A program made the translations under genes and the position numbers. The notes below the pieces were generated by a model. The model worked only from the letters and a program-made list of their open reading frames with translations. It did no database searches and had not been told where the DNA came from. From Candidatus Bathyarchaeota archaeon (lineage in GTDB: Archaea; Thermoproteota; Bathyarchaeia; RBG-16-48-13; GCA-020355125), in assembly GCA_026015035.1 (NCBI GenBank), contig JAOZHB010000070.1, positions 15,473 through 79,472 on the forward strand: a stretch of DNA of 64,000 bases. The letters are read 5' to 3'. Positions 38,732 to 47,356 of the stretch are shown one piece after another; the first letter of the stretch is position 1, and each line of letters begins with the position of its first letter.

Positions 38732-39273
38732 CAGCATTTGATGATTATGAGAACCTATTCAGAGAACTCATTTGGCTGATGAAGAGAGTACCACGGTTAG
38801 ATGCATTAGAAACGACAGTACAAAATGAACCGCTTAAAGCCCTAAAGAAAGAACCTGATACTTTCGACATTAAAGGAGCTGTTTTTCAAGGATACATCCA
38901 GCCAGACCCACCATTAACGCCCTTTGACCCGTTTAACCCACGCAATCCTTCGGAGAGACGGCCAATGCCCAAGAGACCCTTCCGTGATTCAGGTAACGTG
39001 TTAGACGAATGGGAACCCTTAACCGACGTCTTTGAGGACGATAAAGCCGTAAAGATCTATCTTGAGCTGCCCGGTGAAGAAAAAGACGACGTAACGCTCA
39101 ACGTCACCGAAGGCAAAGTTGAGGTAAAGGCAAAGACCCTTTATCAGACGATACCGGTTCCTGAAAGCATCGACGTCGAAAAAGCCTCCTCGCAGTATCG
39201 GAACGGCGTACTTACGGTCATAATTCCCAAAAAGGCTCCTGTGACTAAAACGTGGAACATAACACCCGAGTAA
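38728..39273 (+). CDS. small heat-shock protein (Hsp20/alpha-crystallin family) with long N-terminal extension
   Basis: The C-terminal ACD reads PLTDVFEDDKAVKIYLELPGEEKDDVTLNV...ASSQYRNGVLTVIIPKK. It overlaps the ArsR stop by 4 nt. Confidence 0.8.
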   Translation: MTAFDDYENLFRELIWLMKRVPRLDALETTVQNEPLKALKKEPDTFDIKGAVFQGYIQPDPPLTPFDPFNPRNPSERRPMPKRPFRDSGNVLDEWEPLTDVFEDDKAVKIYLELPGEEKDDVTLNVTEGKVEVKAKTLYQTIPVPESIDVEKASSQYRNGVLTVIIPKKAPVTKTWNITPE

Positions 39274-39286
39274 GGAGACGGCTTTC

Positions 39287-39988
39287 ATGGCAGAGATCCT
39301 GAACCTTGACTACACTGATTACGTGGAACTTATCGGCACTGCCCACTTTACGCGACGGAGCATTACTGACGCCTACGAATCTATCGCAGCCTTTCACCCT
39401 CAGGATGTCGCCCTTGAACTCGATTGGCGACGCTTCAGAACACTAAACACGGCCTGTCTCTCCTGTCCAAGACGCGTCGCATGCAACGGCCTCTGCGAAT
39501 TCATCGCGGCTACTGACGCTCTGGGAAACGTAGATGCGAATATCTGGCTGATAGACATGACGGAACTAGAGATGAGACGAAGAATCCGTAGTCGTATGAC
39601 CCCTTTTGAGCGATCGAATCTAGGTCATCCTAGATACCAGTATGCAGTTGAGGATCCCCTTCAGCTCTGGGAACGGGGTTTCAAAGAAAGGGTGATCCAC
39701 AACTCAAAGAGAGAGATAGCACGTAAACGACGAGTTTTCCCTTCAGTCTGGCGTGTGTTGATCGATGAACGGAACGCCTTGATGGCCGTGCGGCTTGCAT
39801 GGATTGCATCAAAGAATCTAAACGAAGGAAAAACTGCTAACATCCTTACCTTCGTCGGAGCCGCGCACGTCGAGGGAATACGTGACCTGCTCCGAAGTCC
39901 TCTTCAACTCCGCGAGACGATGAGGCACTTCAATTTATCCTTCACCGAGCCCACGCTCATCCGGAGAGTAGCAGTACAAGTAACCTAA
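39287..39988 (+). CDS. TraB/PrgY-family protein
   Basis: LIGTAHFTRRS......PQDVALELD at the N-terminus and FVGAAHVEGIRDLL near the C-terminus. Confidence 0.6.
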   Translation: MAEILNLDYTDYVELIGTAHFTRRSITDAYESIAAFHPQDVALELDWRRFRTLNTACLSCPRRVACNGLCEFIAATDALGNVDANIWLIDMTELEMRRRIRSRMTPFERSNLGHPRYQYAVEDPLQLWERGFKERVIHNSKREIARKRRVFPSVWRVLIDERNALMAVRLAWIASKNLNEGKTANILTFVGAAHVEGIRDLLRSPLQLRETMRHFNLSFTEPTLIRRVAVQVT

Positions 39989-40146
39989 TCTCCACAGTTG
40001 ATACCTCTGCCACCGACAACTGGATTCTAGTTACATCAAAAGGAGATCGAGGAACAAAACTTTTTAATATTAGCGCATTGAATGTACATAGTCTCTACAC
40101 AATAGAAGTTTATATAGGATTATCATGATATCAAGGGTGATGACGA

Positions 40147-41445
40147 ATGAGCAGTGCAAAACCCCATTTAAACGTCGTAGTAATGGGTCACGTAGACCAT
40201 GGAAAAAGCACAACCGTAGGCCACCTCTTCTACTTGACTAAGGCCATCGATGAACGCACAATCGCGAGGTACGAGCAAGAATCGAAGACCCTCGGTAAGT
40301 CAACCTTCAAATTTGCTTGGGTTCTCGACAAATTCAAAGAGGAGCGGGAACGAGGATTAACCATCGACCTCTCCTTCTGGAAGTTCGAGACACCGAAATA
40401 CTTCTTCACCGTCATCGACGCGCCTGGACACCGCGACTTCATAAAAAACATGATCACGGGAACCAGTCAAGCCGACGGCGCAATCCTCTTCATATCCGCG
40501 AAGACGGGTGAGTACGAATCGGGTATCGGACCCGGCGGCCAGACGCGGGAGCACGCTTTCCTTGCCAAAACGCTTGGAGTGAACCAACTCGTCGTGGCCA
40601 TAAACAAGATGGATGACGCAACGGTGAATTGGAGTCAGGAGAGGTATGAAGATGTCCGAAATGGGGCTGCAGACCTGCTTAAAATCACAGGATACCGTGT
40701 CGAAAACATATCGTTTGTGCCCACGTCCGGATGGACGGGAGATAACTTGGCAGAGAAGAGCAAGAACATGCCGTGGTACAAGGGCCCCACCCTTGTCCAA
40801 GCTTTAGACAACTTTACCGTTCCCGCCAAGCCCGTTGACAAGCCTCTTCGCCTACCCATCCAAGACGTTTACACGATCACTGGCGTTGGCACCGTTCCAG
40901 TGGGACGAGTTGAAACGGGCGTGATGAAGGTCGGTGAGCAAATAGTCATCATGCCTTCAGGGATCACGGGGGAAGTACGGTCCATTGAGACCCACCACAC
41001 AATGATCCCCGAAGCCGGCCCGGGAGACAACATCGGATTCAGCGTCAAAGGGATATCTAGGGCAGACGCCCGCAGAGGCGACGTCATCGGATCGGTATCC
41101 GATCCACCCTCCGTCGTCAAGGAATTCATCGGACAGATCATTATCATCCACCACCCCACAGCCATCGCAACCGGCTACACACCCGTTATTCACGCACACA
41201 CCGTAACCATGGCGGCTACGTTCGCAGAACTGATTCAAAAGATAGACCCTAGAACTGGACAAGTTGTGGAGGAGAAACCCGATTTTCTGAAGACCGGCGA
41301 CGGCGCCCTTGTGAGGTTCCGACCCCTTCGGCCCATAGCAATTGAAGCGTACACCAGCTTTCCACCGCTTGGACGGTTTGCTATCCGAGACATGGGTACG
41401 ACGGTTGCCGCTGGCGTGGTCAGAGAAATCACTGAGAAGGCCTAA
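40147..41445 (+). CDS. tuf: translation elongation factor EF-1alpha (aEF1A)
   Basis: 432 aa: GHVDHGKST, DAPGHRDF, NKMD and colinear domains II/III. Confidence 0.97.
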   Translation: MSSAKPHLNVVVMGHVDHGKSTTVGHLFYLTKAIDERTIARYEQESKTLGKSTFKFAWVLDKFKEERERGLTIDLSFWKFETPKYFFTVIDAPGHRDFIKNMITGTSQADGAILFISAKTGEYESGIGPGGQTREHAFLAKTLGVNQLVVAINKMDDATVNWSQERYEDVRNGAADLLKITGYRVENISFVPTSGWTGDNLAEKSKNMPWYKGPTLVQALDNFTVPAKPVDKPLRLPIQDVYTITGVGTVPVGRVETGVMKVGEQIVIMPSGITGEVRSIETHHTMIPEAGPGDNIGFSVKGISRADARRGDVIGSVSDPPSVVKEFIGQIIIIHHPTAIATGYTPVIHAHTVTMAATFAELIQKIDPRTGQVVEEKPDFLKTGDGALVRFRPLRPIAIEAYTSFPPLGRFAIRDMGTTVAAGVVREITEKA

Positions 41446-41582
41446 AAAAGAAGGGTTTCAACACCTTTTTATTTTGGTTTCTCTATCTAATTTTGAAAAG
41501 TTAAAATATCTTTATCCTTAATGATCAAACCTACACACGGAGATCAGATAAAGCAGATAACGAGGATTGGAGCACCAGACTA

Positions 41583-41891
41583 ATGGTTCAAAAGGCTAGG
41601 ATTCACTTGACCAGTACGGACATAGGCAGACTGGAAGAGGTATGCAGGGAGCTAAAGGACATTGCGGTGACGACGGGTGTGCGAGTTGCGGGTCCGATCC
41701 CCCTTCCCACGAAGCACTTGAAGGTTCCAACGCGGAAATCGCCCTGTGGAGAAGGCACCAGCACGTGGGATCGTTTTGAGATGAGGATCCATAAGAGACT
41801 GCTTGACATCGACGCCAATGAGCGCTGTATGAGACGTATTATGCGGATCAAGGTTCCAGATGACGTCTATATCGAAATTACCCTCATATAA
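41583..41891 (+). CDS. rps10: 30S ribosomal protein S10 (uS10)
   Basis: 102 aa: ARIHLTSTD...GPIPLPTK...[25 protein letters not shown]. Confidence 0.93.
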   Translation: MVQKARIHLTSTDIGRLEEVCRELKDIAVTTGVRVAGPIPLPTKHLKVPTRKSPCGEGTSTWDRFEMRIHKRLLDIDANERCMRRIMRIKVPDDVYIEITLI

Positions 41892-41995
41892 CATGTCTGT
41901 TATATGTTTATATAACTAGGCAAGCTCTGGGATCTAAGACTTCAAAGAATAAAAGATCATTAGAAGCGTTCGTGTTTAGAATTAATGTTGATTAT

Positions 41996-42482
41996 AGCTA
42001 GCTAGTAACTGCGGTAACAGGTTTTTCAGTCTCTCATTTTATCTTATTAGGCTTAAGCTACATACTGAGACAGTTTTTTACAATAGGGTATATATTCCTG
42101 TCGGGGTAATTTCAATAAACTCGTACCTAGCTAGCAGAGGGAATTCTGCAACCATGGTTATTTGAGCAATTGTTAGCTAGCTAGCTTAAGGGCCGACGAA
42201 CAGAGATAGAAGAACTTAATGGCGTTATTGTAAGAAAAGGAAAGGAATTAAACATCTCTACGCCGATGAACCAAGCCATTGTGAATTTAATGAATATGCT
42301 TTTGAAAGGAGAAGTATCCCCAGAACCAGAAAACATCGATAGACTGAGACCGTATATTTCCACATTATAAAAATTGCTTTTACCATACCTGATGGTATCT
42401 TGTTTATTCGGCTAGCTGATTTTAGTCAAAAGAATTGATTGCGTGCTCGTGCTGACCTTAATGAAGTTCGCTAGCTAGTAAC
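41996..42482. repeat. cluster of CTAG-based palindromes
   Basis: Read directly, five sites: AGCTAGCTAGTAAC (41996), CTAGCTAGC (42127), AGCTAGCTAGCT (42175), GCTAGCT (42411) and GCTAGCTAGTAAC (42470). The 13-mer GCTAGCTAGTAAC occurs at 41997..42009 and 42470..42482 as a direct repeat. Confidence 0.85.
42185..42370 (+). pseudogene. panE: C-terminal fragment of 2-dehydropantoate 2-reductase (PanE/ApbA family)
   Basis: A start-less frame of about 60 codons reads LKGRRTEIEELNGVIVRKGKELNISTPMNQAIVNLM...*, matching the conserved KTEID.lNG.vv..G...gv.TP.N tail of ketopantoate reductases. An in-frame TAG at 42182 and the AGCTAGCTAGCT repeat lie immediately upstream. No N-terminal part is visible. Confidence 0.6.
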
Positions 42483-42582
42483 GAGCCATTATGTGTATAT
42501 TAGTCTTCATAACGTGGGGTGGGTTGGAGATACGTATTTATGACGTCCGCATGTACATAGTACAAGGTTTACGAGGTGTCTG

Positions 42583-43449
42583 GTGATGATATTTGTTGGT
42601 GATTTGGGAAATCCTGAAGGTCCTGTCCTTCTGCCTGATAAAAGTTGGTTGGTCACTGAGATGCGACTTGATCGCGGGTGGATAACTCATATCCGTTCTG
42701 ACGGACGGCATCGAGAAGTTGTCGCCAAAACGGGACGTCCCAATGGCCTCACAATTGACCATGAAGGAACGTTCTGGGTCGCCGAATCCTTAACACCGGC
42801 ACTCCTCCGGTTAACGCTGGACGGGCATTACGAAACGGTATTGACGGCGTGCCACGATGAACCGTTCCTCTTTCCTAATGACCTCCGGTTCGGGCCTGAT
42901 GGCGCCCTGTACATGACGGACTCGGGGATTCGTTTTTCGGAGTGGGCCCGCTTAGATAGTAATCAGCGTCGTCAAGTGCAGACGGATGGTCGAGTCTATC
43001 GCATTGATACAAATACCCGGGTGATTGAAAAGTTGGATTCGGGGTTGCCGTTTGCGAATGGAATCGCGTTTGGCCCGAATCATGACCTCTTTGTTTCAGC
43101 GACTATCAGTGGCTTGGTGTATCGATATCCATGGAATCGGGGCGATGTCGGGTCTCGCGAGGAGTTCGGATCGGTCATAGATCCCGACTTCCCAGATGTG
43201 TTTCGGGGACCCGATGGGATGGCGTTTGGAACAGACGGTAATCTTTATGTGACGGTGTCACGGCAGGGTGATGTCGCGGTGCTGAACTCGGAGGGCGATG
43301 TCGTGAAGCGTATCCGCTTGGATGGACCGTCTCCCACTAATATCGCGTTTGGTCCCCAAGGAACGCACATGATCTACGTCACTGAACAGGGGATCGGTCA
43401 GTTGGAAAGGCATCAGGTGGCTTGTGACGGGCTATCTCTCTTGTGGTAG
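42583..43449 (+). CDS. SMP-30/gluconolactonase/LRE-like six-bladed beta-propeller protein
   Basis: 288 aa with repeated blade motifs: GNPEGPV, RPNGLTID, PNDLRFGPDGALYMTD, GRVYRID, ANGIAFGP, PDGMAFGTDGNLYV, PTNIAFG. Confidence 0.8.
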   Translation: MMIFVGDLGNPEGPVLLPDKSWLVTEMRLDRGWITHIRSDGRHREVVAKTGRPNGLTIDHEGTFWVAESLTPALLRLTLDGHYETVLTACHDEPFLFPNDLRFGPDGALYMTDSGIRFSEWARLDSNQRRQVQTDGRVYRIDTNTRVIEKLDSGLPFANGIAFGPNHDLFVSATISGLVYRYPWNRGDVGSREEFGSVIDPDFPDVFRGPDGMAFGTDGNLYVTVSRQGDVAVLNSEGDVVKRIRLDGPSPTNIAFGPQGTHMIYVTEQGIGQLERHQVACDGLSLLW

Positions 43450-43684
43450 AGACGCATACGCCAATTGTTGAGAAGAAACGCTCAAGTCTTCTTCTTTATT
43501 AGTTAGCTACTCTAGAAAATATCACGTCTCTTTAACTACAAAATAACGTTACAATACAACTTTGAGTTCAGCCTTACTCATTCATTCTCTTCAATCTTTC
43601 TGGACTCCACTAACTCCGCTACCGGTTAGAACATACGGACTCACTGTAATTAAAAAAAAATAGACGCGCGAGTTAACTTGAATC

Positions 43685-43692
43685 AGCTAGCT
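43685..43692. repeat. AGCTAGCT palindrome 5 bp before the annotated pfkA ATG
   Basis: Read directly (atcAGCTAGCTcgcgATG). It is embedded in a CGCGAG...CTCGCG inverted repeat. Confidence 0.85.
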
Positions 43693-43696
43693 CGCG

Positions 43697-44737
43697 ATGA
43701 GGACAGAACCACACACTAGAAAATTTTTAGGATGGTTCGACACTTCTTTTCATGATTGTTTCAGGTTGTTGTGTTCTTTGAAGATAGGCGTGGTAACGAG
43801 TGGTGGAGACGCTCCCGGGATGAATGCTGCCATTCGGGCAGTGGTTCGATACGCTATTTCCAGTGGCGTGGACGTGGTTGGAGTGGAGAGAGGGTACAAT
43901 GGGCTAACGACAAATCAAATTAGACCCTTAAGCCTTCGCTCTGTAGGCGGTATCATCCATTTGGGAGGCACCGTCTTAAAATCGGTTAGATGTCCCGAAC
44001 TCAGAACCCCTGAAGGCCTTGAGAAGGCAGGGACAACTCTTCGGAAGAATGAACTGGACGGTTTAATCGTGATCGGAGGAGACGGGTCTTTTAGAGGCGG
44101 TTTAGCTCTTCAAACAGCCATTGGGATTCCTGTAATTGGCATACCCGCAACCATCGACAACGATGTGGCCGGAACTGATGAGACTATAGGATTCGACACT
44201 GCGGTGAATACGGCCCTTCAGGCCATCGACAAAATCCGGGACACCGCGCAATCCCATGACCGCGTCTTCGTGGTTGAAGTCATGGGCAGGGAGAGAGGCT
44301 TCTTAGCGGTAGCCGTGGGTTTAACAGCCGGTGCTGGGATCATCTTAATCCCCGAAATAGAGTTCACTCTAGACAGCGTTTGCCGGAAATTAACGCTTTA
44401 CGACGAGTGGGGAAAGACCACAACCATCATCGTCGCAGCGGAGGGGATAGGGGACACCTATCGCGTAGTGGAACACATCAGAACTCGAACGCGATTCGAG
44501 GTTCGTCACACCATCCTTGGCCACGTTCAGAGGGGTGGTTCACCCACAGCTCGTAGCCGTCTGATCGCCAGTTTGTTTGGAACACGGGCCATAGAACTGT
44601 TTTTGGATGGAGCACAGAGTAAAATGGTTGGTCTAAAGGGAAACACCATCATTTCCGAGGATTTAGAGTATGTTTGCAGGGTCCGAAAGCGGATCGACAG
44701 GAAGATGTATAAGCTAGCTGGGGAGTTAGCGGTTTAA
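43697..44737 (+). CDS. pfkA: 6-phosphofructokinase, PFK-A (bacterial-type) family
   Basis: KIGVVTSGGDAPGMNAAIRAVV, VIGGDGSFRG, GIPATIDNDV.GTD.TIGFDTA, VVEVMGR, LGHVQRGGSP. The family-conserved region starts at a TTG at 43778, so the 27-residue N-terminal extension may not be translated. Confidence 0.88.
   Translation: MRTEPHTRKFLGWFDTSFHDCFRLLCSLKIGVVTSGGDAPGMNAAIRAVVRYAISSGVDVVGVERGYNGLTTNQIRPLSLRSVGGIIHLGGTVLKSVRCPELRTPEGLEKAGTTLRKNELDGLIVIGGDGSFRGGLALQTAIGIPVIGIPATIDNDVAGTDETIGFDTAVNTALQAIDKIRDTAQSHDRVFVVEVMGRERGFLAVAVGLTAGAGIILIPEIEFTLDSVCRKLTLYDEWGKTTTIIVAAEGIGDTYRVVEHIRTRTRFEVRHTILGHVQRGGSPTARSRLIASLFGTRAIELFLDGAQSKMVGLKGNTIISEDLEYVCRVRKRIDRKMYKLAGELAV
44712..44719. repeat. AGCTAGCT palindrome inside the last 26 nt of pfkA
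   Basis: Read directly (taAGCTAGCTggg; it encodes K-L-A). Confidence 0.85.
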
Positions 44738-45039
44738 AAACGGGCTTCAAAAACTATCAACCAGTTCGTCACAGTTCGTCTCAGGTTTTCCACCGCTGTT
44801 TCTGGATTCATATAGGTGGTGGTTCTTACCCACTCGTTTCGCATCACGTCGAGGATGTGCCCTCGGATAAACCTGAACGTAATTATGCATGAAAGTCCTT
44901 TTAACTTCAAGGGGACGCTAGCTTCTTCAGTCATTTTGTAGGTAGATTCTCCGTTCTTCTTCCTTGTACCAGTGTTGAACCGCGTAGCCGTTTTAAACAC
45001 TGTTTTTTCAGAACATAAATAAAGAGGATGATACACCAT
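44734..45039 (-). CDS. hypothetical protein
   Basis: The ORF-track entry is 44734..45090. It is shortened here to the Met at 45039, which avoids overlap with the DUF655 start. No family recognised, and the 3' end overlaps the pfkA stop by 4 nt. Confidence 0.25.
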   Translation of the reverse strand: MVYHPLYLCSEKTVFKTATRFNTGTRKKNGESTYKMTEEASVPLKLKGLSCIITFRFIRGHILDVMRNEWVRTTTYMNPETAVENLRRTVTNWLIVFEARF

Positions 45040-45063
45040 AATAGAGTAGGATTGAACTGAGTC

Positions 45064-45639
45064 ATGGGTTTCAATGTATCTCGTGTCCAAAAGAAGTTTG
45101 AAGACTTCGCATATGTTTTGGACTTTCTATCCCAAGGAATGATGGGGCGGGGTGCCTATAGAGCGGAGCCCATGGTTCAGCTTCTTGGAGAAAGCTACTT
45201 CACTCTCCTCGAAGCAATAGTGATGAAAGAGGCTGCGCCAGCCCTAGGCGAGAGACTCTACATCGGCAAAGACCTGAGCAGAGAAAAGATTGACCACATC
45301 CTCGGGAGAATAACCTATCACGACTTAACATCTTTGGCACGAACCGAGTTACCCAACGTCATCGAGGAGATTGTGAGAAATCAAGAGGGCCGGTTCATCG
45401 GATTCTTCAATAACACTTCAGCGATGACGCCGAGAATGCATTCTCTAGAGCTTCTACCTGGCATCGGCAAAAAATATATGTGGACCATCTTGCGGGCCAG
45501 AGAGCGAAAGCCGTTCATTAGCTTCCAAGATATGAAGGATAGAACGGAGCTTCATGACCCAGCCAAGCTCCTTGTCAAGAGGGTTGTAGAAGAGTTATCT
45601 GAAGAATCGAAGTATCGGCTCTTCACCCGCCCACCCTGA
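45064..45639 (+). CDS. DUF655-family archaeal protein (OB-fold plus helix-hairpin-helix)
   Basis: FEDFAYVLDFLSQG...AEPMVQLLGESYFTLLE... and LELLPGIGKKYMWTILRARE..PF.SF.D resemble the conserved archaeal DUF655 layout. Confidence 0.6.
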   Translation: MGFNVSRVQKKFEDFAYVLDFLSQGMMGRGAYRAEPMVQLLGESYFTLLEAIVMKEAAPALGERLYIGKDLSREKIDHILGRITYHDLTSLARTELPNVIEEIVRNQEGRFIGFFNNTSAMTPRMHSLELLPGIGKKYMWTILRARERKPFISFQDMKDRTELHDPAKLLVKRVVEELSEESKYRLFTRPP

Positions 45640-45825
45640 TCAACGAGCTTCATACTTAGTATTTGTGCATTTGTGTTGCGTTATGGGAAAAAAGAGGTCT
45701 TGTATAAGGCTGGGAAGAGTAACCACCGAAACTTGACAAACACCTCTACGACCGCCTTCACGCATATGCACATAATAAATGCAATCGCTTTAAATTAAAA
45801 AAAATTATTAACATTAAACTAGGGT

Positions 45826-47055
45826 TTGGTGATCGGGTTGAGTATCGTTTCTATTGTGAAGAGACGTGGACGGACGGTGGAGGCCGCTGTCAGGGAGGCC
45901 GTGGAGTTGGCGGGTGGCCTGGGAAAGATCGTCAAGAGGAGGAGTCGCGTCCTCGTCAAGCCCAACCTCGTGAGGCCCAGTGAGTCTGGTTCAGGCGTTA
46001 TCACGGACTGCAGGGTGACTGAAGCCGTAACCAAACTGGTGCTGGAGGAGAGGCCTGCACGGGTTGTCATAGGGGAGGGCAGCGGTTATGGGTATGATGT
46101 GGCAGGGGCCAGAGCCGACACGTTGGAGGCCTTTAAGCTTTCGGGAACGGAGGACGTGGCCGAGAGGTTGGGCGTTGATATCATCGACCTCAACCGGGAT
46201 GCGGTGGTCGAGGTTGAGATACCAAGCTGTTACGTGATGGATGAGGTGAAGATAGCTAAGACAGCCTTCGAGAGCGATGTGATCATCAGTCTGCCTGTCC
46301 TGAAGGTTCACCGCAGAACCGTCGTGACCCTCAGCCTCAAGAACATGAAGGGGGTCATGCCCAGCAGGGAGAAAAAGAAGACCCACAGATTAGGGTTAGA
46401 GCGGGCGATCATCGACTTAAACACGGTGATCAAACCAGACTTCACAGTCGTTGACGGCCTCGTCGGATTGGGGGGCCTGTGGTCAAAAGAAGACTCAGAA
46501 AACCTGAATATCATCCTTGCCAGCCAAGACCCGGTCGCTGCGGACTCTGTTGGCGCCAAAGTGATGGGCTTTGACCCCTCAAAGATCCTGAAGTTGGAGT
46601 TGGCCTCAGAAAAGGGCTTAGGCACATCAGACCTGCAACTGATTGAGGTTCGAGGTGAACCGATAGAGAGCGTAGCCAAGAGATTCCTGGATCCCCAGAA
46701 AGCCTTCGCAGAACGGTATCCCGGCGTCCTTCTCCTCGACGAGAACTCTTGCAGTGCCTGCGAAGGAGAGCTCCAGAGCCCCCTCTTTTACATCCGATCG
46801 GCAGGCTGCGTCGATGCTTTGAAGGGTCTCGTGGTCCTTATGGGGGTGCAGAAGGATGCGCCAAAGGTTTCGGAGAAGACTGTCGTTATGGGTCGATGCG
46901 TGAAAGAGTTTCAAGACCGTGGCTTTTACGTGGCAGGCTGCCCTCCTAGAGGGTGGGCGTTGACGGAGGCCATTTGTGAGGCATGTGGTATCGAAAAGAA
47001 AGCTGTAATCGCTGCAATAGAACGGATTCACGGTGACCTCAGCGAGATTCAGTAA
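45826..47055 (+). CDS. DUF362 domain protein with Cys-rich C-terminal extension
   Basis: VLVKPNLV, SLPVLKVHRRTVVTLSLKNMKG, VVDGLVGLGG, DSVGAKVMGFDP. The roughly 110-residue C-terminus carries CSAC...C...C...CP...CEAC. Confidence 0.65.
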   Translation: MVIGLSIVSIVKRRGRTVEAAVREAVELAGGLGKIVKRRSRVLVKPNLVRPSESGSGVITDCRVTEAVTKLVLEERPARVVIGEGSGYGYDVAGARADTLEAFKLSGTEDVAERLGVDIIDLNRDAVVEVEIPSCYVMDEVKIAKTAFESDVIISLPVLKVHRRTVVTLSLKNMKGVMPSREKKKTHRLGLERAIIDLNTVIKPDFTVVDGLVGLGGLWSKEDSENLNIILASQDPVAADSVGAKVMGFDPSKILKLELASEKGLGTSDLQLIEVRGEPIESVAKRFLDPQKAFAERYPGVLLLDENSCSACEGELQSPLFYIRSAGCVDALKGLVVLMGVQKDAPKVSEKTVVMGRCVKEFQDRGFYVAGCPPRGWALTEAICEACGIEKKAVIAAIERIHGDLSEIQ

Positions 47056-47356
47056 ATCCTGTATCCTTCAAGGACGTCTAAGCATCTAAGACGTATTCCA
47101 GTGAGGGGCGTTGTTTTAGCTTACTTCAATTCCCTTGAAGGGCTGTCAAAGGGACACGAAATTAAATTCGATTTAACGTCCTTTAACTATTCTTCTCAAT
47201 CCTCAAGCGAATCAAATGGGGTTTACGGCTTCTATACTGCTCTTGCATCGGATGATAATCTTATGGAAAGCTTTTATCTTATCTTTGTATCTGATTGTTT
47301 AGGGTCGTAGGATGGCGTCTAGGTAGCTGGTAGCTTATAGGGTTTGGTGTTTTTAC

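Noticed and set aside
41996-42186. The possibility that GCTAGC (NheI-type) sites and the three-frame-stop TAGCTAGCTAG strings are cloning or engineering scars.
   Set aside because: The surrounding sequence is ordinary archaeal chromosome without vector-like elements, and the motif is dispersed over 29 kb. A natural origin is more likely, but this cannot be excluded from sequence alone.
47101-47310. 69-aa GTG-start ORF between DUF362 and nadX, and a 71-aa ORF at 59166..59381.
   Set aside because: Neither has motifs, both look compositionally odd, and both lie in promoter or terminator spacers. Support for calling them genes is insufficient.
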